64,000 nucleotides of DNA from Alphaproteobacteria bacterium (GTDB lineage: Bacteria > Pseudomonadota > Alphaproteobacteria > Paracaedibacterales > CAITNM01), in contig JBAXJB010000004.1 of NCBI GenBank assembly GCA_037138055.1, positions 9,297 to 73,296 on the forward strand. The letters run 5' to 3'. The notes under the pieces were generated by a model that made no database searches, was not told the DNA's origin, and saw nothing but the letters and a program-made list of their open reading frames with translations. Both the position numbers and the translations under genes were made by a program. Shown piece after piece: positions 50,151 through 60,602 of this stretch (position 1 is its first letter; the number at the start of each line of letters is the position of its first letter).

Positions 50151-53100
50151 TTAAGAACAACCACTAGTAGAACCACATGTTACGCATTTTAAACACGTAC
50201 CATTACGCACCATAGTGAAGTTGCCACATTCACCACATGAATCACCTTCGTAGCCTTGCAGCTTTGCTTGAGTAGATTTCTCTGCTTTTCGCTTTGATGA
50301 AGATGCGTAAGATACAACATTTGAAGCACCATAAGTGCCAGTGGCTTTAACTTCAACGCTCTCTGTATATCCATCCATTGAAGTGATCTCATCAGAAATA
50401 CTCACCGTTGTTTCTACTAATAATGGTTCTTCATTTTCATTCTGACGATTAACCATGTAGTCACTTCTGTCACCAATTGTGTCTGGCGTTAAGTCACTTG
50501 GTTGCACATGCGCAAGATCATGACGACTTAAGTAGTTAATAGCCAAATCACGGAAAATGTAGTCTAGAATTGACGTTGCAATTTTAACCCAATCGTTTCC
50601 TTCAACCATTCCTGATGGTTCAAAACGAGTGAATGTAAAGGCTTCTACATATTCTTCTAGTGGAACGCCATATTGCAAACCAATAGAAATGGCCATAGCA
50701 AAGTTATGCATTAGAGAACGGAACGAGGCCCCTTCTTTGTGCATATCAATGAAAATTTCGCCTAATTTTCCATCAATATATTCACCAGTGCGAATATAAA
50801 TTTTGTGCCCACCTACAACCGCTTTTTGAGTATAGCCACCACGACGGTTTGGCAATTTTTGACGTTTTGATTCGTAAACAACACGTTCAATAATACGTTC
50901 AACAATTTTTTCAGCAACCACTTGAGCTTTTTGCGTTTGTGGCATTTGTGCAATTTCTTCAGCTTCGTCTTCATCAAAGCTTATGCTGCTTAAAGGTTGA
51001 GAAAGCTTTGAACCATCACGATACAAAGCATTTGCCTTTAGGCAAAGACGCCATGATTTCATATAAGCTGATTGGCAATCTTCAACAGTTGCTTGAGCCG
51101 GCATATTCACAGTTTTAGAAATAGCACCACTTATGAATGGCTGAACCGCTGCCATCATTTCAATATGGCTATCGAAAGACAAGAAACGCTTACCAATACG
51201 TCCACATGGGTTTGCACAATCAAAAACTGGAAGATGTTCTATTTTTAAGTGAGGTGCCCCTTCTAGAGTCATTGTACCACAGCAGTATGTGTTAGCATCT
51301 TCAATGTCTTGTTTACTAAAGCCAAGATGAGTAAGCATATCAAAAGATGGATCACATAATTGATCATCAGTTAGCTTTAATGTTCCTTTGCAAAAATCTT
51401 CACCCAGAGTGTATTTATTAAAAACAAACTTGATATCAAAGGCTGATTTCAACACAGCGGAAATTGCCGTTAGCTCTTTATTAGTAAATCCCTTTGCTTT
51501 TAAAGATGTGTGATTAATTGCAGGCGCATTTTCAAGTGATGCGTAGCCCACGGCATAATTAGAAATTTCCAGCATTTGCTCTGGAGTGTAACCCAAAACT
51601 TTCAATGCTGAAGGAACCATTTGGTTAATAATTTTAAAGTACCCACCACCAGCAAGTTTTTTGAATTTAACCAAAGCAAAATCTGGCTCAACACCTGTTG
51701 TGTCACAATCCATCACCAATCCAATAGTCCCAGTTGGGGCAATACACGTGGTTTGAGCGTTACGGTAACCAAACTGTTCACCATATGAAACAGCTTCATC
51801 CCAAGCTTGGCAAGCCGCTTCAATTAATCCTGGAATAGCACAATCACTTGCACGAAGCGGAACAGGTAGAATTGATAGATCTTCATAATTTTTAGTTTCG
51901 CCGTATGCAGCACGACGGTGGTTACGCATAACCCGGATCATCGCATCTTTATTTTTTGCATAGCCTGGGAATGCCCCAAGTTCTTTTGCCATAAGTGCAG
52001 AAGTCCTGTAGCTTACACCGGTTAGAATTGCAGCTAGTGCTCCAGCAATACAACGGCCTTCTGGGCTATCGTAAGCAATACCCATAGCCATTAATAGACC
52101 ACCTAGGTTACCGTATCCTAAACCAAGCGTACGGAAATCATAAGATAGCTGAGCAATAGCCCTAGATGGGAATTGCGCCATAAGCACAGAAATTTCAAGA
52201 ACAACTGTCCAAAGGGTAATAGCATGTTCAAATGCTGCTATATCAAACTGGCCATCTTTGTACAATGTAACAAGGTTGATTGAAGCAAGGTTACATGCGG
52301 TATCATCAATAAACATATATTCAGAACATGGATTTGATGCATTAATTCGTCCACTATTTGGGCAAGTGTGCCACTCGTTAATGGTTGTATCAAATTGAAT
52401 ACCTGGATCTGCACATGCCCAAGCAGCAAAACCAACTTTATCCCATAATTCTTTTGCTGGTAGCGTTTTAACTGCTTCACCATTTGTACGTGAAGTTAAG
52501 CTCCATTCTTTATTTTCTAAAACACTTTCTAAAAAGGCATTAGTAACGCGGACTGTGTTATTTGAATTTTGGCCTGAAACTGTTCCATAAGCTTCACTAT
52601 CCCAATCAGTATTATAAGACGGGAATGGGAAGCTAGTGTACCCTAGCTGAGCCATGTGAATAGCGCGCTTAATGTAATTTTCAGGAACCAATACAGCGCG
52701 TGCAGCGCGAATGGTTGTTTTCAACGCAGGGTTGGTTTTTGGATCAAAGCGATCTGTTTCTTTAAGATCATTATTAATACAAGCTGAAATGATTTCATTC
52801 AAATGAAGTTGGTTTAACTTTGAACCAGTAACCAGTGCTGCAACTTTTTGTTCTTCAATGACTTTCCAATCAATGAAATTAATAACATCTGGGTGATCAA
52901 TATCAAGCACCACCATTTTTGCAGCGCGTCTTGTCGTTCCACCAGATTTAATAGCACCAGCTGAACGGTCACCAATACGTAAAAAGCTCATTAAACCTGA
53001 AGAATAACCACCACCAGATAGCTTTTCACCAAAGCCACGTAAATTTGAAAAGTTAGACCCTGTGCCAGACCCGTATTTAAATAGACGAGCTTCGCGAACC

Positions 53101-53729
53101 CAAAGGTCCATAATGCCGCCGTCGTTAACCAAATCATCTTTTACCGATTGAATGAAACACGCATGTGGTTGTGGACGTTCATATGCAGATGTTGATTGCT
53201 TTAGCTGACCTGTTTTTTCATCAACGAAGAAATGTCCTTGAGCAGGGCCATCAACACCATAAGCCCAATAAACACCAGTGTTAAACCACTGCGGTGAATT
53301 TGGTGCTGCAACCTGCATGCATAACATGTACTGCATTTCATCATAAAATGTACGTGCGTCTTCTTCTAAGTCAAAATACCCATTTTTCCATCCCCAGTAA
53401 GTCCAAGTTCCGGCCAAACGACTAAAAACTTCTTTTGCAGATCTTTCGCTACGAACAGAGCTCCCTGCTTTTGCTTTTCTACGTTGAAGCCAAACGGGAA
53501 CGTCATCTTCCTTTACGGTTACTAAATCATCTGGGATACCAGCTTTACGAAAATATTTTTGGGCAATGACATCACTTGCCACTTGCGACCAATGTGCAGG
53601 TACTTCAATGTTTTCCTGAAGAAATACAACAGAACCGTCTGGATTTTTAATTTCGCTAGTAGTTAAGCGGAAATCAATTCCTTCATATGGGGACTGTCCT
53701 GCGACCGTAAAACGACGGTGTATTTTCAT
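50151..53729 (-). CDS. nrdJ: Adenosylcobalamin-dependent (class II) ribonucleotide reductase, long form.
   Basis: It has class II RNR core motifs (NPCSEY, TIAPTGT) and a C-terminal Cys-rich tail ([28 protein letters not shown]). Confidence 0.9.
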   Translation of the reverse strand: MKIHRRFTVAGQSPYEGIDFRLTTSEIKNPDGSVVFLQENIEVPAHWSQVASDVIAQKYFRKAGIPDDLVTVKEDDVPVWLQRRKAKAGSSVRSERSAKEVFSRLAGTWTYWGWKNGYFDLEEDARTFYDEMQYMLCMQVAAPNSPQWFNTGVYWAYGVDGPAQGHFFVDEKTGQLKQSTSAYERPQPHACFIQSVKDDLVNDGGIMDLWVREARLFKYGSGTGSNFSNLRGFGEKLSGGGYSSGLMSFLRIGDRSAGAIKSGGTTRRAAKMVVLDIDHPDVINFIDWKVIEEQKVAALVTGSKLNQLHLNEIISACINNDLKETDRFDPKTNPALKTTIRAARAVLVPENYIKRAIHMAQLGYTSFPFPSYNTDWDSEAYGTVSGQNSNNTVRVTNAFLESVLENKEWSLTSRTNGEAVKTLPAKELWDKVGFAAWACADPGIQFDTTINEWHTCPNSGRINASNPCSEYMFIDDTACNLASINLVTLYKDGQFDIAAFEHAITLWTVVLEISVLMAQFPSRAIAQLSYDFRTLGLGYGNLGGLLMAMGIAYDSPEGRCIAGALAAILTGVSYRTSALMAKELGAFPGYAKNKDAMIRVMRNHRRAAYGETKNYEDLSILPVPLRASDCAIPGLIEAACQAWDEAVSYGEQFGYRNAQTTCIAPTGTIGLVMDCDTTGVEPDFALVKFKKLAGGGYFKIINQMVPSALKVLGYTPEQMLEISNYAVGYASLENAPAINHTSLKAKGFTNKELTAISAVLKSAFDIKFVFNKYTLGEDFCKGTLKLTDDQLCDPSFDMLTHLGFSKQDIEDANTYCCGTMTLEGAPHLKIEHLPVFDCANPCGRIGKRFLSFDSHIEMMAAVQPFISGAISKTVNMPAQATVEDCQSAYMKSWRLCLKANALYRDGSKLSQPLSSISFDEDEAEEIAQMPQTQKAQVVAEKIVERIIERVVYESKRQKLPNRRGGYTQKAVVGGHKIYIRTGEYIDGKLGEIFIDMHKEGASFRSLMHNFAMAISIGLQYGVPLEEYVEAFTFTRFEPSGMVEGNDWVKIATSILDYIFRDLAINYLSRHDLAHVQPSDLTPDTIGDRSDYMVNRQNENEEPLLVETTVSISDEITSMDGYTESVEVKATGTYGASNVVSYASSSKRKAEKSTQAKLQGYEGDSCGECGNFTMVRNGTCLKCVTCGSTSGCS

Positions 53730-53962
53730 TGAAACCTCACTGCTTAAATATTAAGATGCACACACTAAATGATGCAAAAAGTACAATTCTTTGGCAAAAG
53801 CTTAAGAATGAGGTACATTTCTGATATCAGATGGTGTTCTTATTAATATGCAAAAAAAGTTGTATTTCAAGTCTTGAAATTCATAAAAAAGATGTGTAAG
53901 CAAACTTGATATGGTAATAATGATACACATTGTTAATCTTTAACACCAAATAACGGGAAATT

Positions 53963-54562
53963 ATGGAAATTTTACTAAAAATAACGTGTTTAGCGGTAGC
54001 TATTGTGCTTCACGAGCTTAGTCATGGTTTAATGGCCTATATTTTTGGTGATCGCACTGCTCAATATGCAGGTCGTTTAAGCTTGAATCCAATTAAACAT
54101 ATTGATCCTATGGGCTCGATAATTTTACCCTTTTTATTATTTTTCACTGGAGCACCATTTTTAATTGGTTGGGCAAAACCTGTACCAGTAAATTTTATGA
54201 ACCTTAGACCGCAACGATTTGGCGTATTTTGCGTAGCATTTGCAGGCCCCTTAATGAACATATTTTTAGCGCTTATCGCAAGTATTCTGTGGAAAATAGG
54301 AATTTTTAGCCTTGAGGTAGCCAATGCAGTTATACAAATTAACGTGATTTTGGCTGCTTTTAATTTATTACCAATTTTACCTCTTGATGGCGGACGAATG
54401 ATCACCTGCTTTTTACCACAGAATCATAAATTGTTTTATTTCTTTGAACGATTTGGCTTAGTAATTGTGATCGGTGCCTTAATGATATTCAGTGGCCCAA
54501 TTCACAAACTTATTTTTGGCATTGCAAACTTCATTCTAATGTTTTTAGATGTGCTGATTTAG
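53963..54562 (+). CDS. Site-2 protease family (M50) membrane metalloprotease, minimal form.
   Basis: It has HELSH at aa 17-21, a downstream LLPILPLDGG motif and a polytopic membrane profile. Confidence 0.75.
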   Translation: MEILLKITCLAVAIVLHELSHGLMAYIFGDRTAQYAGRLSLNPIKHIDPMGSIILPFLLFFTGAPFLIGWAKPVPVNFMNLRPQRFGVFCVAFAGPLMNIFLALIASILWKIGIFSLEVANAVIQINVILAAFNLLPILPLDGGRMITCFLPQNHKLFYFFERFGLVIVIGALMIFSGPIHKLIFGIANFILMFLDVLI

Positions 54563-54608
54563 ATTGGAATCAGGTAGATTGTGAAGCTCAGACTCTAAAC
54601 ATGAGCTA

Positions 54609-55523
54609 TTAATCACCTTTTAAAGCAGCAAGCAGATCTCCATCGGTGCATCGCAATTTTACTTCTTCATTTCGTTTTTGAAGGAAGAAATCCTGCAGTA
54701 AATTTGAAAAAGATAATATGTCTTTTTGTACAATAAAAAATTCATTTAGAAGCCCTACTGCATTGCCAAGACGGTTTATATAGTCAGAAATATTCTTTTC
54801 AAATTGACTTGATAAACTATTTGCAATAACTCTCATTCCTTTATTGCGTTGAACTTCCTGCAAAACACTATCAAGGCGCTTTTTTATTAATTGAGATACA
54901 ATGTTTTGAGCATCAATAATACTCGCATTAATATTTCCAAAAACTGCTAGTAATTCATTAACGCTAAGAGGTTCAGTGGATTTTATTTTAGTCTCTATCT
55001 CTTGTACAATTTCTATATTCATACTAATTCTGATATATTCTTCCGATGTATCTTTTAAATTTCTTAGAATCACACGAAGGTTTCGTCGAAGTTTGGTTAA
55101 AATTTCAGGCATTTGAACAAGCAAAAATGCTATTCTGTCAATATTGACGGGTGTGCCGCAACGCAAGATTTTGCCAAAATTTTTTATTTTTGCTGTTAAA
55201 ATCACTTCTTCTCCCCCACTTCTGTAAAAAAGTTGAGGATGAGATTCGTAATATTCTCTTTCTTTCTCTACATTACGAGCTGAACTGCTATTTCTCATCA
55301 ATAGTTCAGGAGGAGAAGCTCCTAACTTAATATCTTCTTCTTCCATACCCTCAGTTGGCGAGCTGCTATCACTAATAAATGGATCTGAATGATCAGATGC
55401 AGCTCTTTCTCTTGCACCTAATTCTATGTGACGCTTGCTTACAGGGTAACCCTCGCTTTTTCCTATGGAATCTTCCATTGCATTCAAAGCGAGAAATGAT
55501 AAAAATAAAATACAAGTTCTCAT
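54609..55523 (-). CDS. Secreted hypothetical protein, helical/coiled-coil-like.
   Basis: The signal peptide is MRTCILFLSFLALNA. No domain was recognised. Confidence 0.6.
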   Translation of the reverse strand: MRTCILFLSFLALNAMEDSIGKSEGYPVSKRHIELGARERAASDHSDPFISDSSSPTEGMEEEDIKLGASPPELLMRNSSSARNVEKEREYYESHPQLFYRSGGEEVILTAKIKNFGKILRCGTPVNIDRIAFLLVQMPEILTKLRRNLRVILRNLKDTSEEYIRISMNIEIVQEIETKIKSTEPLSVNELLAVFGNINASIIDAQNIVSQLIKKRLDSVLQEVQRNKGMRVIANSLSSQFEKNISDYINRLGNAVGLLNEFFIVQKDILSFSNLLQDFFLQKRNEEVKLRCTDGDLLAALKGD

Positions 55524-55685
55524 TTTAATGATCTACTGTAAAATTCTTGATTCCAGTGTAAGAAATACTGATTAAAAAAATATTAATTAATGAGTAAAAA
55601 TAAAAAATCAATGCCTGATTTCCGGTCGCAGGATTTTTAAAAATCATTATGATATATCAAAGCTGTTGAGCTTATGGTGAATTAG

Positions 55686-56741
55686 ATGAAAATGTTAACA
55701 AATGAGATAACTCAAGAATTTTACAAAGCACTACTCAATAAAAACGCTGAGTATGAAGGTATATTTTACGTAGGCGTCAAAACAACAGGAGTATTTTGTC
55801 GCCCAACTTGCCCTGCGCGCAAACCAAAATTTGAAAATTGTGAATTCTATCAAACAGCTGAAGAGGCTTTACTTGCTTCATTTAGACCTTGCATGCGCTG
55901 CCGTCCCCTGTCTCATCCTAATCAGGTTTCAGATTTGGTACGCATCCTTGTTGATGCTGTCGAAGCTAAACCTGCAAAACGCTGGAAAACACGTGATTTT
56001 GATGAACTATGTGTAGATGCATCAACAGCACGTCGCCAATTTAAAAAAAGATTTGATATGACATTTGTAGAATATGCTCGAGCGCGACGTATGGGGATTG
56101 CAATGAAACAAATTAGAGAAGGAAAAACAGTGACTGATACGCAATTAGACACAGGTTATGAATCAAGCAGTGGCTTCAGGGATGCCTTTTCCAAAATCAT
56201 GGGTGCTGCACCTACTAATTTTAAGGATCACCACAATGTCTTAAAAGCATCTTGGTTAGATTTCCCCCTTGGCCCTATGCTTGCAATTGCTGATGATGAG
56301 GCTTTGTATTTATTAGAATTTGTTGAGCGACGTGGCCTCGAGCGTGAAATAGAGCGCCTTCGCATAAAAACAAAATCTGCCATTATTCCAGGTATTACTG
56401 ACCCCATTAAATCAATTGAAATAGAACTCAAACTGTACTTTGAGGGCAAATTGAAAAACTTCAAAACACCAATCCACCTTATGGGAAGCCCATTTCAAAA
56501 ACTTGTTTGGGAAGAGCTTATGCGCATTCCATTTGGCACAACAAGAAGTTACGGCGACCAAGCTGCAGCAATCAGCAAACCAACCGCATACAGAGCAGTA
56601 GCAAATGCTAATGGCGCCAATCAACTTGCCATTATTATCCCTTGCCACCGCATCATCAACACCAATGGTGAGCTAGGTGGCTATGGCGGAGGAATTTCTC
56701 GCAAAAAATGGCTGATTAATCACGAGAAACAGAAAGCATAG
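55686..56741 (+). CDS. ada: Bifunctional Ada: methylphosphotriester-DNA methyltransferase/AraC-type regulator fused to O6-methylguanine-DNA methyltransferase.
   Basis: The N-terminal Ada zinc domain is FCRPTCPARKPK...RPCMRCRP, followed by an AraC HTH and a C-terminal PCHRI active site. Confidence 0.85.
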   Translation: MKMLTNEITQEFYKALLNKNAEYEGIFYVGVKTTGVFCRPTCPARKPKFENCEFYQTAEEALLASFRPCMRCRPLSHPNQVSDLVRILVDAVEAKPAKRWKTRDFDELCVDASTARRQFKKRFDMTFVEYARARRMGIAMKQIREGKTVTDTQLDTGYESSSGFRDAFSKIMGAAPTNFKDHHNVLKASWLDFPLGPMLAIADDEALYLLEFVERRGLEREIERLRIKTKSAIIPGITDPIKSIEIELKLYFEGKLKNFKTPIHLMGSPFQKLVWEELMRIPFGTTRSYGDQAAAISKPTAYRAVANANGANQLAIIIPCHRIINTNGELGGYGGGISRKKWLINHEKQKA

Positions 56742-56744
56742 CCC

Positions 56745-57164
56745 CTACCCCCAGCTGCTTTGCCGGTAACCTTCTTTTTCTGCTTGCACATCAAAACAAT
56801 ACATTGCGTAAGGAGTTGCGGTAAGCCTTTGAATACCTATAGGCTTTCCTGTAGCGACGCAGTACCCGAAACTACCGTCTGCCAATCTTTGAAGCGCAGC
56901 CTCTATTTCATGACGAAGATTTTGTTCATGTTCCTGGTACATATGATGATTAAAACGCAAGCCATCCATGGTGCTTTGGTCAACAAAATCTGGTTCGCGG
57001 TTTGCATCTTCTGGAAATGACAAAGAAAGCAAATGCTCTTCCTCAAGCACTTTCTGCAACTCATTATATAATCTGTCTTGAAAATAGCGTCTCATCCTAG
57101 GAGACATATACACTGAATCTTTTAAGGGATTGTACCCCAAGACCTTGCGATAAATTGTTGCCAT
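56745..57164 (-). CDS. dksA: DksA-family RNA polymerase-binding factor with a degenerate zinc finger.
   Basis: The coiled-coil tip is PDFVDQ. The C-terminus FGYCVATGKPIGIQRLTATPYAMYCFDV has CxxT-x17-CxxV in place of CxxC-x17-CxxC. Confidence 0.75.
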   Translation of the reverse strand: MATIYRKVLGYNPLKDSVYMSPRMRRYFQDRLYNELQKVLEEEHLLSLSFPEDANREPDFVDQSTMDGLRFNHHMYQEHEQNLRHEIEAALQRLADGSFGYCVATGKPIGIQRLTATPYAMYCFDVQAEKEGYRQSSWG

Positions 57165-57529
57165 GACTTACTCGGCAGTTTGGTTTATGTACGTATAATT
57201 AAAATTTTAACGAAAGATTGGCCACGTGAAAAATCAAAATATTTTCACCAATTTTACAAATTGATTTGCCGATATAAACTGCTGTACTTTTTGTTTTTAC
57301 AAACACGGATTAATCACCAGCTTGATTTTTAGCCTTTAATCTGGCAATGATGTTTCCAATGATTTCATGGCAAACATGTAGTGCACTATGAAAATCCAAA
57401 GAATATTTAGTCTATTGCTATCTACTATTGTTGACCACAAAGTTTACGAAGGTTGCAGCCCAATTAGACCATTGAGTAGCAACCTTTCTGTAAAGCATTA
57501 GCAAGATAAACCAGAGCGTGAGGAAAAAA

Positions 57530-57931
57530 ATGATCAATAATAGACGTTTTAAAGTTGATAAATTAATTCGTGATAAAGTGCCTAATTACCTTAGAAACAG
57601 AAGCGTACAGACTAATGAACGAGTTATGGGTCACGACGAATACCTAGAGCGTCTTCGAAATAAGCTTTTTGAAGAAGCTAAAGAAGTGATTGATGCTAAA
57701 AATAAAGAAGAACTGACAGAGGAATTAGGTGATGTATTAGAGGTTATGCTTGCTTATGCAAAAGAAAATAATATATCTTTTGAAGACGTCGATAAAGCAA
57801 GGATTAGAAAGAAAAATGAATATGGCGGTTTTGAAGGAAAAGTTTACAATGCGTCTGTTGTATTGAATTCGGATGATGATTATATTAATTATTTTTTGAG
57901 TAATCCCGACAAATATCCTGAAATAAAATAG
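57530..57931 (+). CDS. MazG-like / PRA-PH-like all-alpha nucleoside triphosphate pyrophosphohydrolase.
   Basis: Family pattern: KLIRDKVPNYL...EEAKEV...EELGDVLEVMLAYA...RKKNEYGGF. The ATG at 57530 has an upstream gagga; the track start at 57518 is GTG. Confidence 0.65.
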   Translation: MINNRRFKVDKLIRDKVPNYLRNRSVQTNERVMGHDEYLERLRNKLFEEAKEVIDAKNKEELTEELGDVLEVMLAYAKENNISFEDVDKARIRKKNEYGGFEGKVYNASVVLNSDDDYINYFLSNPDKYPEIK

Positions 57932-57957
57932 GCTAGAGATTTCTGGCTTTTACATAG

Positions 57958-58833
57958 TTATTTAAATACTAACTTATCAAAAATTTCTGTTAAATGTTTA
58001 AAGCTGGTTGGATTGATATTATCTTCCAGGGCCCACACAGTTGCAAGAACAGTCTGCACAAAACACCACTTGGCAATTCTATCTGGATCAAGATTTAAAT
58101 TTTCAGAAAACGAATTAATTCTGTTCGTTATAATTTTTAAGCTATCAGGGTGGTTTGGCAAATCGTCCAAAGGGTTTCTGATAAAACACCCTACGTCATA
58201 GCTAAGCTCACCAATGACGCCTTTCGGATCAATAACTTTCCAATTGTTGTCATGGGCTAAAATATTATCGTGATGCAAATCGCCATGCAGCAAAATGGGA
58301 GCATCGGTAGTGTTTAGTAATTCATCACGCAACGTTCTTGCTTTAATCAAACTTTGGCCAAGCTGTTCGCATGATTTATCTAGGGCGGCAAGCCAATCGT
58401 TGATAGTTGAAAACCCGTTTTGATTTATTATTGCTACGCTGTGAAGTTTTTTAATCACTTCAATTGTAATTGCGATGGCTTCATCTTCACGATTTGAAAA
58501 AAACTCTTTCAACGAATGCCCTGTAATGGCACGTTCAATCAATAAGGCACCATCTGTTTGGTCTAGCACTTCCACTACTCCACGACCTTTAAATGCTTTT
58601 AAGGCAGCAGCTTCAAAGCTCAAACCTTTGGTATCAAGACTCAACTTTAAAATAATGGGATTTTCCCTTTGAAAGCCAGAAAGAACATAGTTGTATGAAA
58701 GATTTTCAACCGGTTTAAGGTCTGACAGATGCCACTGCGTGGCAAGGTCATTTATTATATGCGGTAAATTATCTAACCACTTTTGACCTACATTACCATA
58801 AATATTGATGATATTATTCTCGAACAAAAGCAC
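57958..58833 (-). CDS. Aminoglycoside phosphotransferase family kinase, APH(6)/StrB-like.
   Basis: The catalytic region LLHGDLHHDNILAHDNNWKVIDPKGVIGELSYDVG closely parallels the StrB-type HGDLHHENI...IDPxGLxGE segment. Confidence 0.7.
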   Translation of the reverse strand: MLLFENNIINIYGNVGQKWLDNLPHIINDLATQWHLSDLKPVENLSYNYVLSGFQRENPIILKLSLDTKGLSFEAAALKAFKGRGVVEVLDQTDGALLIERAITGHSLKEFFSNREDEAIAITIEVIKKLHSVAIINQNGFSTINDWLAALDKSCEQLGQSLIKARTLRDELLNTTDAPILLHGDLHHDNILAHDNNWKVIDPKGVIGELSYDVGCFIRNPLDDLPNHPDSLKIITNRINSFSENLNLDPDRIAKWCFVQTVLATVWALEDNINPTSFKHLTEIFDKLVFK

Positions 58834-58883
58834 TTTGCTTATTTAACAAGCTTATAATGAAGATATCATAGACCTTGAAATGC

Positions 58884-59633
58884 CTAATCCAAAGAATAAT
58901 ATTGACGACCAGACGCGTTGTCCAACGCATAACTAGACTTTTCAGTGTTTATAGAATGAGCAGATCCATTCCCGTTTAAAGAATAATAAACCTTCTTAAC
59001 CTTAGCAAAGGGGCGAATATCTCTTGGTGTGCTTTTTCTTGTTATTTTCGGCACATCGTCAATATCAGATATATCATCAAATTGCATAACTGTTTGTTCT
59101 AAACGAAGACCATCTTTTTTATTGCTACCACAAAGTTTCATCCAACCACTTAAAACACGTTGCTTATATGCGTTGTGAAATTTAGGAGTAGCAGAATGAT
59201 AATGACCAACAGCCAAGTTCCAACTTTTATGCTGAAGAAATAGTTGCTTTAAGAATTTAGCGCCATAGGCAATATTTAGCTGAGGATCAAAAGCTTCTTC
59301 AAGATTACGAAATGCATGTGGGTGGTGACGTAGGTTAATTTGCATAATTCCTACATCAATGCTTTTAGCACCCGTTCTTTGAAATTTTTCAACTGCTTTT
59401 ATAGCTTCCTGTTTCGTTTTGAATATGTAACCTTTGCCCTCAACATTGATAGTCCAAGGCCAAGCATTAACAGAACCGCCTATTGCGCGACCAGATTCAG
59501 CATGAGACACAGCCCTTAGTAAATGTGCAGGAATACCATGAGCATTTTCTTGCATTGCAATAAACGAATTATATTGTGGATTTGCAGATAAAGCTAAACA
59601 ACATAAGATCAGCGCTATTAAAAACTTATTCAT
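58884..59633 (-). CDS. Lytic transglycosylase (SLT domain), secreted.
   Basis: It has a signal peptide and the motifs VSHAESG...WPWTINVEG...DVGIMQIN. Confidence 0.75.
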   Translation of the reverse strand: MNKFLIALILCCLALSANPQYNSFIAMQENAHGIPAHLLRAVSHAESGRAIGGSVNAWPWTINVEGKGYIFKTKQEAIKAVEKFQRTGAKSIDVGIMQINLRHHPHAFRNLEEAFDPQLNIAYGAKFLKQLFLQHKSWNLAVGHYHSATPKFHNAYKQRVLSGWMKLCGSNKKDGLRLEQTVMQFDDISDIDDVPKITRKSTPRDIRPFAKVKKVYYSLNGNGSAHSINTEKSSYALDNASGRQYYSLD

Positions 59634-59681
59634 GACATCTCCTTTTGCTTAAACTATGCAAAATTTGTGCCAACTAAAAAA

Positions 59682-60602
59682 TCAAAGTTTTCTGCGACTT
59701 TCAACACCCTCCAAAAGAGGAATCAGTCCCATTTTGGTAAGATAACCATCTTTGCCAATAGCAGCTGGGCTTAGCCATTCATCAATATAGTCTTGCAAAC
59801 CCTCTGTTTTATTGTCTCTAACATAAATAAATAGCTTACGCACCATTGGATAAGTACCATTTTGAATGGTTGAATAAGTAGGCTCTATTCCATCTATTTG
59901 CATTGCTTTAATTTCTGCGTGCCCATCCAACAAATTAGCCGCAACAAAAGCCATTGTAGTTGGGTTATTGTCCAGGAAATCAAAAAGTAAATGATGACTA
60001 TCTGCAGCTTCATAATCATTAATTTCTCGTAGCTCGGGCCCACTTCGAACCTCTTGTCCATGCATCACCATTGCTTCAAAAGCATCTCGAGAGCCATGAG
60101 ATTTTGAAGGGATTAGAATACGAATGGGTAAATTAGGTAAGCTGGAATTAATTTCATTCCATTGGTGGTAAGGATTATCAACTATGTCTCCCTTACTATT
60201 AGTAATTTTTTTTGCAACCGCAGTTAAAATGTCTTTTAAACGCAGCGTATTAAAGCCTGTCAGGTTTTTTTTAGCTGCAAATGCAATTCCGTCATGACCG
60301 ATACAAACTTCTAAAATTGAAGCCATTCCAAACTCCTTACATTTTGCAAGTTCTTTTGGGTTAATTGGTCTTGAAGCGTTCGTTATATCATATCCGAAAC
60401 CGTTATGGGCTTGAGAAAAATCCGCAAACCCACTACCAGTACCTGTACTTTCAACAAAAGGACAAATGTGGCCTATTTTTTTAGAAAATTCCTGCGCTAT
60501 TTTGATTGCGAATGGGTACACAGTTGATGACCCCGTTTGACGGATCTGAATTCTGCCTTCCACTGAACAGCACATAAACATCAAAGCAAGCAGTATATTC
60601 AT
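59682..60602 (-). CDS. PstS-family (PBP-like_2) periplasmic phosphate/anion-binding protein.
   Basis: Motifs IRQTGSSTVYPF...STGTGSGF...ASRPINPKE...IGHDGIAF are present. It overlaps the upstream gene by 4 nt. Confidence 0.7.
   Translation of the reverse strand: MNILLALMFMCCSVEGRIQIRQTGSSTVYPFAIKIAQEFSKKIGHICPFVESTGTGSGFADFSQAHNGFGYDITNASRPINPKELAKCKEFGMASILEVCIGHDGIAFAAKKNLTGFNTLRLKDILTAVAKKITNSKGDIVDNPYHQWNEINSSLPNLPIRILIPSKSHGSRDAFEAMVMHGQEVRSGPELREINDYEAADSHHLLFDFLDNNPTTMAFVAANLLDGHAEIKAMQIDGIEPTYSTIQNGTYPMVRKLFIYVRDNKTEGLQDYIDEWLSPAAIGKDGYLTKMGLIPLLEGVESRRKL

Noticed and set aside
53730-53962. A search for NrdR boxes or a cobalamin riboswitch upstream of nrdJ.
   Set aside because: I could not find a 16-bp palindrome of the acaCwAtATaTwGtgt type in tandem, nor a B12-box-like element. 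Only unrelated palindromes are present, and these are reported separately at low interest.
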